The translations under genes and the position numbers were made by a program. Positions 47,282-56,893 of a stretch of 62,197 bases of DNA are shown here, in pieces (position 1 is the first letter of the stretch; the number at the start of each line of letters is the position of its first letter). The notes beneath the pieces are model-generated. The model was not told the origin of the DNA, did not search any database, and saw only the letters and a program-made list of their open reading frames with translations. The stretch comes from an uncultured Bdellovibrionales bacterium (GTDB taxonomy: Bacteria; Bdellovibrionota_C; UBA2361; CAZKXU01), in the NCBI GenBank assembly GCA_964556665.1, contig CAZKXU010000004.1:1-62197 (forward strand), read 5' to 3'.

Positions 47282-47309
47282 TAGTCGACATTGTTGTTGG
47301 ATTTCTTGA
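47282..47309 (-). promoter_or_regulatory. Possible sigma-28 promoter for motAB
   Basis: TCAAG-N15-GTCGACTA, partial match to the FliA consensus (TAAA/TCAAG...GCCGATAA). Confidence 0.3.
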
Positions 47310-47472
47310 AGAGAATTAAGGGGTTATAGACAGAATATAGAACATGGTTATTGTTGCTCTACGCATGCTTCCCGGGGTTGAGAATTCCCTTACTGTAACG
47401 AACTATGTGTAGGCTAGGGGCATTCTGCCGGCTCTATTCTTTAAGAATCAAAGGTCTATTACAATAGACCTA

Positions 47473-48105
47473 ATGGATCATATATTCATACCGCTTCTTA
47501 ATCAGAAAATCAGCGCTGATAGGTTAATACTCGAACAGGTCTTTGAGATCTCCCGTAGTGCTAATTCATTAGAGCAGCTAATTCATTATTGGGTTTCAGA
47601 AAAGCGATCATTAATAGTTTTTCGTTCGGCGGAGTTTAACCCAGAAAGTGTCTCCTTCATTTTTCGTGAGAGGCAACGAGAATTAGCGATAATAAATATC
47701 GGCGCTGAGGAGCTTATCAGTAGATATTCAGAGTACGAGCCGTTAAATGAAACGATCTTGCAGTTCTCAGATCAGCCTGGCTACAGACCGGACGATCTCT
47801 GGTTTGAAGAGCGAAATAAGCGCTTGGGAATTTACAAAAATAAGAAGTTACGGATCAATACTGTTCCTTCTAAATCCTGTGGCGCTCTGATTCTCAACTA
47901 TTCGCTTTCCTCAAAAGGGCAGGCACAGATCTCTTTACTCAATACAACTCAACAGGAGTATCGCTGGCGTTATCTAAAACTTAGCCTTACCTTTATGGAA
48001 GAGGAGAGCTTGCGCGGATGGTCAGAGAGAGTCGCGCTAAGTCGGATGGAGCTGGCTGAAATGGTTGCACCTAAAGTAGCTATGCAGAGAGCTGAAGGGA
48101 CTTAA
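47473..48105 (+). CDS. Hypothetical protein (210 aa)
   Basis: Only long ORF in the interval; no motif recognised. Confidence 0.6.
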   Translation: MDHIFIPLLNQKISADRLILEQVFEISRSANSLEQLIHYWVSEKRSLIVFRSAEFNPESVSFIFRERQRELAIINIGAEELISRYSEYEPLNETILQFSDQPGYRPDDLWFEERNKRLGIYKNKKLRINTVPSKSCGALILNYSLSSKGQAQISLLNTTQQEYRWRYLKLSLTFMEEESLRGWSERVALSRMELAEMVAPKVAMQRAEGT

Positions 48106-48137
48106 GCACCATCGATCCACAGATAGCTATAGATTAT

Positions 48138-48167
48138 ATTGACCGATAAGTAACGTTATCGGTCAAT
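48138..48167. terminator. Hairpin between convergent genes
   Basis: Perfect 12-bp stem ATTGACCGATAA/TTATCGGTCAAT, 6-nt loop. Confidence 0.5.
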
Positions 48168-48218
48168 CTTAATAGTAGCGCACGCACTTGAAGAAGGAAG
48201 TAGCGCTGTTAGATTACT

Positions 48219-50003
48219 CTATTTTGTTGATTCTTTACCCTTGGCTCTTGCTAATCTACGTTTGACTATACGTGGCTGACGGGTTGGGCGAACGTCAACC
48301 GGGTCAAACCTATGAACGTAGGAACCACCAACTTCTTTAATCACTGTCAATAACAACTCTTTGCGGCTCTTAATTTTTGGATGGGACTTCTTACAGCCAA
48401 AGGCGCACTCAATGGCACCAGCCATGCCTCTAGTTTGATAGCGAGTGGCACCGTTTAAAGCATATCGATCTAACCCTTCCTCAAGCAGATCACTATAATT
48501 AGGGTTAGCCTCTAGCCAAATTTTTACATCAGATTCTTTAACCCTCCATGTCAACTGCTCTCCTCGCCAAGTCTGCTGGCCTATACCCAAACTAGATATC
48601 CAAAATGCTGTGGCGTTACGTAATAGACGTGCCCCTCTTACCCCTTCCCACTTTCCATCATACTTTATCTCCCATGGCAAAATTTGGTTCTCTCTGTAAC
48701 CAAACATCTGTGGGTATACCCGGGCTAAAGCAGTTACAGCTGTCATTCCGGTCATACGCAAGCAATCTTCCGCAACTTCATCAAAACTATTTTTCCAACC
48801 ATTAAATTTTGCTGCACAGCGTGGAACGATAGGGCGGCCTGGACCATAGTATAATTCAGGGTGAGTAGATCTGAGATGTGTATCCACTAGATAACCCGTT
48901 ACCTGATCTAATAGCCGTAAACCAGAGCGCCCTAACCACATATACTCCTGACGAATATCCCACGGCTTTAACTGCTGTCTCTCAACTCCGACTAGAAACT
49001 TATTGCCTAAGGCTTCCGCTCCTAGTGCAAGTGCATGTAGCGTACCACGCACCTTTGAGCTACTAGTAACTGAATGACCAATGTGCTCATTTCTAAGCAC
49101 CTGCGGCCAATTCTGTTCTCTAATTTTACCAACGTCTAAAGTGGAATTTACACGGTCATATGCCTGAAGACTAAATTCAATAATCCAGCCCATTACCCTC
49201 CCTACCCGAGCTAAACCTCGATTACCCTTCCATTTACCCTGCATCTTGAATTTCCATTCACGTATTACAGGATCAACACCTTCTACCAATTTACCAAAGG
49301 CGCCTCTAAGCAACGTAGGAAAAGACTCCTCACTTAAAACTCGCGATAGTCCAAGTTGATAAAAGCTACCTTTAACAGACTTAATCTGTTCTATCTGATC
49401 TGCTGTTTGAAATTTAGCAACATCTACAAGTCCATGCCTTACCAATGCACTAATACGTCTTCGCCCAGCTTTTGTTTTATAGGTTATGAGACCACCTGGA
49501 TACGCATCTATAAATCCCTCTGGATTAGAGGGAGTTCGTACACATTTAAAGGCAACTATAGCTACTAATTCATTAGTTAATTTCGTAATCTCAGTGCCGC
49601 TTTTCATAAATTCGAGAGTATCTACAAAGCACTGGAAAGAGCACTCCCTGCATCCTGGCTGCATAACTTTAGGAGAACCAGCCGACCCTTCTGCCTTTAC
49701 TGCTGAATCTAATCCGGAACCAGTTAGATACGCCCTGAGTTTCTCAACTAAAATATCTGCTTTTGAAAGAACTTCTGCATGGATTCCTTCAATCCTTACT
49801 CTAGCTCTGTCAATCGTACAACTTCTATTAAAGACCTGCCCAGCAGGCGCAGGATCCCCTGATTCGGTCAATAAATCATAATTAAATCTTACAGTAGAGA
49901 GGGGGGGTATCTCCGCCGTCGAAGGAGCTACTTGGAATGATCGTTCCAACGGTATGGGCGGCCGTACAACAGATTCTCTACTTACTACTGGCTGATGAGG
50001 CAC
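48219..50003 (-). CDS. Repeat protein, possibly DUF4046-like (PW[E/D]..W.G..G repeats)
   Basis: Three ~97-aa spaced motifs: REWKFKMQGKWKGNRG, KPWDIRQEYMWLGRSG, LPWEIKYDGKWEGVRG. Confidence 0.6.
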   Translation of the reverse strand: MPHQPVVSRESVVRPPIPLERSFQVAPSTAEIPPLSTVRFNYDLLTESGDPAPAGQVFNRSCTIDRARVRIEGIHAEVLSKADILVEKLRAYLTGSGLDSAVKAEGSAGSPKVMQPGCRECSFQCFVDTLEFMKSGTEITKLTNELVAIVAFKCVRTPSNPEGFIDAYPGGLITYKTKAGRRRISALVRHGLVDVAKFQTADQIEQIKSVKGSFYQLGLSRVLSEESFPTLLRGAFGKLVEGVDPVIREWKFKMQGKWKGNRGLARVGRVMGWIIEFSLQAYDRVNSTLDVGKIREQNWPQVLRNEHIGHSVTSSSKVRGTLHALALGAEALGNKFLVGVERQQLKPWDIRQEYMWLGRSGLRLLDQVTGYLVDTHLRSTHPELYYGPGRPIVPRCAAKFNGWKNSFDEVAEDCLRMTGMTAVTALARVYPQMFGYRENQILPWEIKYDGKWEGVRGARLLRNATAFWISSLGIGQQTWRGEQLTWRVKESDVKIWLEANPNYSDLLEEGLDRYALNGATRYQTRGMAGAIECAFGCKKSHPKIKSRKELLLTVIKEVGGSYVHRFDPVDVRPTRQPRIVKRRLARAKGKESTK

Positions 50004-50140
50004 TAACTACTCCTCCGTAAAAATCAAGGCTAATATACCATAAAGTGCATCTCTATCAAAGTTTACAGGACTTTTAATCACTGCCATACCTCATTTAACC
50101 TGTTGAAAAGTATCAACTGTTCGGGGTATTCTCTCCACTT

Positions 50141-53100
50141 ATGTCAGTTAAATTCGAGCCGGTCAGCCCAAACTTTGATTTTGTAGCCAACGATAAGAGC
50201 GTAGCTTCGTTTTGGCGTGACAACAATATTTTCAAAAAGTCGGAGCAGTTAAACAGCAGCAATCCCAGATATTTTGTCTTCTATGACGGTCCGCCTGGAC
50301 CAAACGGCGTGCCGCATATTGGCCACATCATGCAGAGCTCCCTTAAGGATGTCTTCCCGCGCTTTAAGACTATGCAGGGGTTCACCGTATTGCGTAAGGC
50401 CGGATGGGATACGCACGGCTTACCGATAGAGTTAATCGCAGAGAGTGAATTAGGTTTAGCAAAGGGCGGCAAGGCAGCTATCGAACAGTACGGCATCGCC
50501 AAATTTGTCCAGTACTGCCGGGAAACCGTGATGCGCTTTCGCGGCAAGTGGGTTGAGGCCATTACAAAACTCGGTCGTTTTGTCGACTTCGAAGATGACT
50601 ATCTCACCATGAGTAATGACTTTATTCAGACCGACTGGTGGGCAATTAAGCAGGCCTTTGAGAAAGGATTACTTTACAAAGATTACAAGATTGTTCCTTA
50701 CTGCTGCCGCTGCGGCACAGGGCTCTCATCACATGAGCTAGCGCAAGGGTATGAGGATATTACCGATCTGACACTTACAGCTAAATTCCCTCTGCAAGGT
50801 GAACAGAATACATATATCTTAGCTTGGACCACTACCCCTTGGACTCTTATCGGCAACACTGCTCTAGCACTTGGTGCAGAGATAGAGTATTCGAAGGTAA
50901 AAACCACAAATGCAAAAGGAGAAGAGGAGTTTTTAATTCTTGCCACGGCAGCTATCGAACGGAACAGTAAGGCTTTGGGCAAGGACTACAAGACCGTTTC
51001 AACCTTTCTTGGCAAACAATTAGAAGGGAAAACATATACCCCGCTCTGGGATTTCAGCCGCATTAAAGCTCCCGGCAGACAACATGAGATCATCGTTGAC
51101 GACTATGTCACCACCGAGGACGGAACCGGTGTTGTACATCTAGCACTTTACGGTGAGGATGACTTTAGAATTATTAAGCGGCTTGGTTTTGTTCAGAATC
51201 AGCACGTCGGAGCGGATGGAAAGTTCTCTGCAAATAGCGGCCCCTACTCCGGGCGCTGGTTTCGTGAGGAGGGGTTGGATGTAGAAATCGTGAAGGATCT
51301 CGCTGCGCGCGGCCTCCTCTTTGACAAATACAGATACTCTCATAACTATCCGCATTGTTGGCGCTGCAAAACTCCGCTGATGTATTTTGCTAAATCAAGC
51401 TGGTTCCTTAAGACCACAGCGTTTAAGGAGCAGATGATTATAGAAAACGAGAAGATTAACTGGCAGCCGCCGCACATTCGTTCCGGCAGATTCGGCAACT
51501 GGCTTGAAAATAATATCGATTGGGCTATCTCCCGCGATCGGTTCTGGGGCAGCCCGATCCCGATCTGGAGCGCAGGAAAAAACGGGGAGAAAAAAATATG
51601 CGTAGCCTCTGTCAAGGAGCTTCAGAACTTAGGTGCATATTTTAAAAGTAGCGGCGAGCCCGTGCCGGAAAGTTTTGATCTGCACATTCCAGTGATTGAT
51701 GATGTTGTATTTAAGAAAGATGGTGAGGAATACCGCCGTGAGACAGGAGTCCTGGACTGCTGGTTTAATGCCGGAGTAATGCCATGGGGGCAGTTTGGAT
51801 ACCCTGCCAAAGAGGGCTCTCATGAGATTTTTGAAAAGCAGTTCCCGGCAGATTTTATCTGTGAAGCTATTGATCAGACCAGAGGCTGGTTCTATACCTT
51901 GCTGGCAGTAAGCTGCATGCTTACCGGCAAGAGCTCCTTTAAAAATGTTATCTGCACAGAGCTTGTACTAGATGCCCAAGGGAAGAAGATGTCTAAAAGC
52001 CTTGGCAATGTAATAAGCCCTCTGCCGCTGATAGACAAATATGGAGCCGATGCGGTGCGTTGGACATTTTACAGCACCGATCCGTGGATAGTTAAGCGCT
52101 ATTCAGAGGAGCTGCCAAAAGAAGCGCTGCGTAGCATATTCATTCCGATCGTGAACTGTTACAGTTTTTTTGTTACGTACGCTAATCTGGATGGTTGGAC
52201 GCCGCGCACTTTCACACCAAGCCCTGTTGAAATTGACCGCTGGATTTTATCAGCTTTTAGAAGCACGACTCTTGAAGTCAGCGCCGCTCTTGAAAGCTAT
52301 GATATCTCCCGTGCTGCGAATGCGATATATCGCTTCGTAGACTCCTTATCTAACTGGTATATCAGAAGATCAAGAAAGAGGTTTTGGCGCTCCGAGAATG
52401 ATGCAGACAAAGGGTATGCCTATTCAACCCTCTATCAGGTATTAGTCGATCTCTCAAAACTGCTTGCTCCGATGGCCCCATTCTTAGCGGAAAACATCTA
52501 TCAGAATCTTGTACGAAGTTTCAACAAAGATGGAGCTGAGAGCGTTCATCTAACTAGTTGGATTGACCCACAGGTTTATAAATCAGAGGTTGAGCTCGAG
52601 GAGGAGATTGCAGTAATACAGGAGGCGGCCAGCTTAGCACGCTCATTACGCACCGAACATGATCTCAAGGTAAGACAGCCCCTCTCTTTGCTGATGATTA
52701 CCCCTGCCAATCCTCATATCGGAGCACGCCTGACCCGTCATCTCGAGTCACTGTTAGAGGAGATAAACGTAAAGAATATTCAGATTGTTGGAAGCTCGGC
52801 TGAATACGTAACCGTAACTGTAAAACCAAACTGGCGCGCATTAGGACCTCGCTTTGGTAAACAGATGAATGCCCTTAATGCTGCCATACAAAAACTTAAC
52901 GCCGCAGAGCTCTCTCAAATAAGTCAGGACGGCATAATTAGATTTACCTTTGACGGAAACGAGATTGAGCTAAACAAGGAGGAGTTAGAAGTTCAGCATC
53001 TGGCGAAACCTGGGATGGTAGCTCAGGCTGGAAAACTAGTAACCGTGGCACTAAAAACAGAGTTAACTCAGGATCTCATAATCGAAGGGCACGCCAGAGA

Positions 53101-53335
53101 ATTAGTATCTGTAATTCAGCGACAGAGAAAAAATCTAAACTTCGAGATTAGTGATAGAATCAAGGCTAAGATCGTTGGATCTGCTGAACTCAAACACGCC
53201 ATCGAAAAGCACCGTGACTACATAAGTGCGGAGTGCCTCGCCGATCAGTTAGAGTTTGCATCTGAAGCAGCGGAGGGGGCAGAGAATTTTAATATTAATG
53301 GGCACAATACCGGCATACGCTTAGAGCGGGCATGA
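50141..53335 (+). CDS. ileS: Isoleucyl-tRNA synthetase, type 2
   Basis: FYDGPP...PHIGH, GWDTHGLP, WTTTPWTL, KMSKS; 1064 aa; no C-terminal type 1 zinc finger. Confidence 0.94.
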   Translation: MSVKFEPVSPNFDFVANDKSVASFWRDNNIFKKSEQLNSSNPRYFVFYDGPPGPNGVPHIGHIMQSSLKDVFPRFKTMQGFTVLRKAGWDTHGLPIELIAESELGLAKGGKAAIEQYGIAKFVQYCRETVMRFRGKWVEAITKLGRFVDFEDDYLTMSNDFIQTDWWAIKQAFEKGLLYKDYKIVPYCCRCGTGLSSHELAQGYEDITDLTLTAKFPLQGEQNTYILAWTTTPWTLIGNTALALGAEIEYSKVKTTNAKGEEEFLILATAAIERNSKALGKDYKTVSTFLGKQLEGKTYTPLWDFSRIKAPGRQHEIIVDDYVTTEDGTGVVHLALYGEDDFRIIKRLGFVQNQHVGADGKFSANSGPYSGRWFREEGLDVEIVKDLAARGLLFDKYRYSHNYPHCWRCKTPLMYFAKSSWFLKTTAFKEQMIIENEKINWQPPHIRSGRFGNWLENNIDWAISRDRFWGSPIPIWSAGKNGEKKICVASVKELQNLGAYFKSSGEPVPESFDLHIPVIDDVVFKKDGEEYRRETGVLDCWFNAGVMPWGQFGYPAKEGSHEIFEKQFPADFICEAIDQTRGWFYTLLAVSCMLTGKSSFKNVICTELVLDAQGKKMSKSLGNVISPLPLIDKYGADAVRWTFYSTDPWIVKRYSEELPKEALRSIFIPIVNCYSFFVTYANLDGWTPRTFTPSPVEIDRWILSAFRSTTLEVSAALESYDISRAANAIYRFVDSLSNWYIRRSRKRFWRSENDADKGYAYSTLYQVLVDLSKLLAPMAPFLAENIYQNLVRSFNKDGAESVHLTSWIDPQVYKSEVELEEEIAVIQEAASLARSLRTEHDLKVRQPLSLLMITPANPHIGARLTRHLESLLEEINVKNIQIVGSSAEYVTVTVKPNWRALGPRFGKQMNALNAAIQKLNAAELSQISQDGIIRFTFDGNEIELNKEELEVQHLAKPGMVAQAGKLVTVALKTELTQDLIIEGHARELVSVIQRQRKNLNFEISDRIKAKIVGSAELKHAIEKHRDYISAECLADQLEFASEAAEGAENFNINGHNTGIRLERA

Positions 53336-55497
53336 TAAAGGAAGATATGCACACAGAAACTCATAGTTCAGAGAATATCGGTCACAGCAAACTAGAATAC
53401 CTAGACAGCGGCATAGCAGTAGTCCGCCTAGGAGATCCGAAGGAACGTGTCGTTACCTTAACTAAGGATCGCATGGCCTCATTAAGTGCGATTATTAAGC
53501 ATCTTAAGAATGAGAGACCTAAAGGGGTGATTATCTTAGGGCCCGGACCAGAGATGTTCACAGCCGGGGCCGACATTAACATGATCGGCAAAGTTACATC
53601 GATAGAGATTGGTGAGGGACTTGCGCGCGAAGGGCAGATCCTATTCGATGATCTTGAATCCCTTCCCTGCATTACTGTCGCCGCGATCAGCGGCCCATGC
53701 GTAGGAGGCGGCTGCGAACTCGTACTTGCGTGTGACTATAGAATTATAAGTGATCATAAGAATTCAATCATTGGACTGCCAGAGACAAAGCTTGGCATTC
53801 TGCCAGGCTTTGGCGGTACGCAGCGTTTGCCAAGATTAATCGGACTGCCTAAGGCCCTTGATATTATTCTAGCCGGCAAAACGCTTCGTCCTAAGCAGGC
53901 TAAGGCTGCAGGCCTTGTAGATGAAGTGATACCGTTTGAGGCCCTAAAAGATCGCGCCACGAAAATTATTCTTAACGGTGAAAAACGCCGCAGTTCAAAT
54001 ATTAAATTTTTGGACAAACTTCTTACCTTTACAGGGATCGGGAGATCTCTGATCAGATACTCTGCAGGTAAAGCTCTGCATAAGCAGACGCGCGGCTTCT
54101 ACCCTGCCCCGCCAGCGGCTTTAAATGCCTGTATATTCGGGCTAGAGAACGGCATGCAAGCCGGACTCAAGCATGAAGCGCGTGAGCTTGGCAGGATGAT
54201 TGTGACACCTGAATGCAAATCCCTTGTAAAGATCTTCTTTCTTACAGAGGCCTCTAAGGCGGTCGGTAAAGGCGCGCGCGATCTGGTTAAACACTCAAAC
54301 GTTGTGGTCATCGGCGCAGGGGTGATGGGAGCTGGCATAGCACACCTTTTTGCACAGAACGATAGCTCTGTTATTCTTAAGGATACAACAGAGGAGGCAC
54401 TCAGCCGCGGCGTCAAACACATTAAGGATGTCCTTGCTAAGGCTAAATACCTCTCAGATCAGGAGCGGAGCTTCATTCTTAATCGTGTAGAGATTACCAC
54501 CAAGGACTCACCAAACTTCTCTAACTCGCAGTTCGCGATTGAAGCCATCTTCGAGGATATGGATCTTAAAAAGAAGGTGCTGGCCGACGTTGCCTCCAAG
54601 ATGCCTGAAGATTCAATAATTTTAACAAATACAAGCTCACTCTCCGTAACGCAGATCGGTGCTGGCATTCCTAACCCGAGCAGGGTCGCAGGTATGCATT
54701 TCTTTAATCCGGTCGACAAGATGCCGCTTGTTGAGATTATACGCTCCGAGCAGACAACCGACCGGGTTGTGGCGATTGTAGCTGCTCTTACTACAAAACT
54801 TGGGAAATATCCGATCGTTGTAAGTGATGTGCCGGGATTCCTAGTAAATCGAATATTAACACCTTATCTAAACGAAGCTGGGTTTCTCCTGGCAGAGGGA
54901 TTTAGTATTGCTGATATAGATAAGGCTGCTGTCCGTTTCGGTATGCCGATGGGCCCGTTAAGGCTCCTTGATGAGGTAGGGCTGGATGTGGCTGCACATG
55001 TAGCGGAGGTTATGCTGAAAGGATACGGAGAGCGGATGAAAGCGCCTGAGTTTCCTAAGGCACTTAATACTCTCGGCAGAAAAGGGAGGAAAAATAATGC
55101 GGGCTTCTATGATTTTAAGGATAAAGAAGCAACTCCACACGCCGCAATCAGAGAGCTTCTAAAGATAAACACACCGGCTAAAACTGTCACGGACTTAAAG
55201 GAGATAGAGGAACGGCTGGTGATGAGTCTCCTTAACGAAGCGGTGCTCTGCCTTGATGAGGGAGTTGCAGGCTCACCGGGCAATGAAGCTGCTAACCAGA
55301 TCGATCTTGGAACAGTCATGGGGATGGGATTTCCTCCGTTTAGAGGGGGTATTATGCATTATGCCGACACTCTAGGTGCCAAGTCGATCTTGGAGCGGAT
55401 GGAGAGATTAAATAAGAGTTTCGGGCTCCGCTTTGAGTCGGCACCTGGAATTGCAAAACGAGCTGCTAGCGGCAGATCGTTTCATGAACAGGCTTGA
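53332..55497 (+). CDS. fadJ: Multifunctional enoyl-CoA hydratase/3-hydroxyacyl-CoA dehydrogenase (FadJ/FadB family)
   Basis: FTAGADI, GGGCELVLACD, PETKLGILPGFGG, GAGVMGAG, TNTSS, GMHFFNPV; start may be ATG 53347. Confidence 0.85.
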   Translation: MIKEDMHTETHSSENIGHSKLEYLDSGIAVVRLGDPKERVVTLTKDRMASLSAIIKHLKNERPKGVIILGPGPEMFTAGADINMIGKVTSIEIGEGLAREGQILFDDLESLPCITVAAISGPCVGGGCELVLACDYRIISDHKNSIIGLPETKLGILPGFGGTQRLPRLIGLPKALDIILAGKTLRPKQAKAAGLVDEVIPFEALKDRATKIILNGEKRRSSNIKFLDKLLTFTGIGRSLIRYSAGKALHKQTRGFYPAPPAALNACIFGLENGMQAGLKHEARELGRMIVTPECKSLVKIFFLTEASKAVGKGARDLVKHSNVVVIGAGVMGAGIAHLFAQNDSSVILKDTTEEALSRGVKHIKDVLAKAKYLSDQERSFILNRVEITTKDSPNFSNSQFAIEAIFEDMDLKKKVLADVASKMPEDSIILTNTSSLSVTQIGAGIPNPSRVAGMHFFNPVDKMPLVEIIRSEQTTDRVVAIVAALTTKLGKYPIVVSDVPGFLVNRILTPYLNEAGFLLAEGFSIADIDKAAVRFGMPMGPLRLLDEVGLDVAAHVAEVMLKGYGERMKAPEFPKALNTLGRKGRKNNAGFYDFKDKEATPHAAIRELLKINTPAKTVTDLKEIEERLVMSLLNEAVLCLDEGVAGSPGNEAANQIDLGTVMGMGFPPFRGGIMHYADTLGAKSILERMERLNKSFGLRFESAPGIAKRAASGRSFHEQA

Positions 55498-55532
55498 TAA
55501 CTGTATATAGTTAAAATTTTATTTCATTACTT

Positions 55533-55988
55533 ATGCCTCAATCAATTCAGGATCTGATAGGATCTGAAAATCATTGCCACGGTTGTGGCCCAAACAATAA
55601 TAAGGGCCTGAGGCTTAAGAGCTATTTTGAAGGGGATGAAACAACTGCTAGTTTCACTCCGGAGCCGCATCAGTGTGCAGGAGCGGTAACAATTGTTAAC
55701 GGCGGCGTGATCGCTTCCTTAATAGATTGTCACTCTGTTAATACCGCGATGGCTTGGGAGTATAAAAACGCTGGGCGCGCAATAGGATCTGAGCCTAAAA
55801 TTTGGTGCGTCACTGCATCCCTCAATGTTACCTATTTAAAGCCCACACCCATAGACAAGAGGCTTGAATTACGCGCTAAGGTTTCAAAAAGAGAGGGACG
55901 TAAAACCTGGATTGAGTGCACACTCTCTGCTGCCGGTGTAGTATGTGCTAAGGGAGAGGTACTCGCAGTTAGGATTGAACGTAGCTAA
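55533..55988 (+). CDS. PaaI-family thioesterase
   Basis: CHGCGPNNNKGL, NGGVIASLIDC, TASLNVTYLKPTP hotdog-fold motifs. Confidence 0.85.
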   Translation: MPQSIQDLIGSENHCHGCGPNNNKGLRLKSYFEGDETTASFTPEPHQCAGAVTIVNGGVIASLIDCHSVNTAMAWEYKNAGRAIGSEPKIWCVTASLNVTYLKPTPIDKRLELRAKVSKREGRKTWIECTLSAAGVVCAKGEVLAVRIERS

Positions 55989-55993
55989 CTCTT

Positions 55994-56071
55994 ACTGGGA
56001 GCACGGGCTTCTAGCCCGCTTGATCTAACTTGCAACAGAGCTCAAGCGGGATGGAAGCCCGCGATCCCAGT
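55994..56071. repeat. REP doublet (REPIN-like)
   Basis: ACTGGGAGCACGGGCTTCTAGCCCGC 55994-56019 and GCGGGATGGAAGCCCGCGATCCCAGT 56046-56071. Confidence 0.9.
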
Positions 56072-56097
56072 AAGGAAAATTTTTATCTGTTATAACA

Positions 56098-56481
56098 CTA
56101 CGCTGCAGCTCTTACTTTGGATGCCCAGATCTGTCGCATGCGGATTGTAGTGCCGGCATAACTTTTTTCTACATTATCTACGATCTTGGCTAAGGTAAGC
56201 ATCTGCTGCTCATTTAACTTTGAGGGATCAGGGAGAATTGATAAAAAGGTAGAGACAATATCTTTCTCGGAGACTAGATACTTAGCTGCCTTTGAAAAAT
56301 CACGTGAAAGAGAAACGATATCAAAGATTACATTATTTTTTACAGCTTGATCTAACTTATGTGCTAGCTCTCTTATGATATAATGCACTAAATCTGGGTA
56401 GACCTCTCCTGGATAGTGCGCGATGCCGTAGCACCACCCTTCCATTTCAATCTCAAAGATCTCTTTATTCTCGTTTTTCAT
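56098..56481 (-). CDS. Hypothetical protein (127 aa)
   Basis: Start overlaps upstream stop (TAATG). Confidence 0.65.
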   Translation of the reverse strand: MKNENKEIFEIEMEGWCYGIAHYPGEVYPDLVHYIIRELAHKLDQAVKNNVIFDIVSLSRDFSKAAKYLVSEKDIVSTFLSILPDPSKLNEQQMLTLAKIVDNVEKSYAGTTIRMRQIWASKVRAAA

Positions 56482-56678
56482 TACTCCTGACCTCTTAGAC
56501 CAAGAACATCTTTAACACGAGCTGCCGCTATAACACCGATAGTTCCTGCCGCCAGTGCACATTTTGCTGCAGCCATTAGTCTAGCTGGCTCTAATTGATG
56601 TAAGGATTGAGCGGCTGAAGGGGCCGCACCACTCTGCACAACTAAATCTTCCCCCGATGTACGTTCTGCCTTTCCCAT
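56481..56678 (-). CDS. Small hypothetical protein (65 aa)
   Basis: TAATG coupling with the next gene; hydrophobic Ala-rich C-terminal half. Confidence 0.5.
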   Translation of the reverse strand: MGKAERTSGEDLVVQSGAAPSAAQSLHQLEPARLMAAAKCALAAGTIGVIAAARVKDVLGLRGQE

Positions 56679-56809
56679 ATCTACTTTCCGTTATTGTAAC
56701 ACAGTTAGATTTACTACTATTAGGAAACTTTTTGCTTCCTAGAGATAGTTATGCAGAAACAACAAATAATGTGATGTGTTATTAAATGTAATGTTTTTAG
56801 ATAGTTAAC

Positions 56810-56890
56810 ACTGGGACCGCGGGCTTCCAGCCCGCAAACTTATTTAAAGCCATAACCCTGAGCGGGATGGACCATATACTCGGTCCCAGT
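56810..56890. repeat. REP doublet with decayed right arm
   Basis: Consensus left arm 56810-56835; right arm GCGGGATGGACCATATACTCGGTCCCAGT 56862-56890. Confidence 0.82.
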
Positions 56891-56893
56891 CTT

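Noticed and set aside
53332-53349. Translational coupling of ileS and fadJ
   Set aside because: The ATGA overlap depends on the first ATG; a better RBS precedes ATG 53347, so coupling is not supported.
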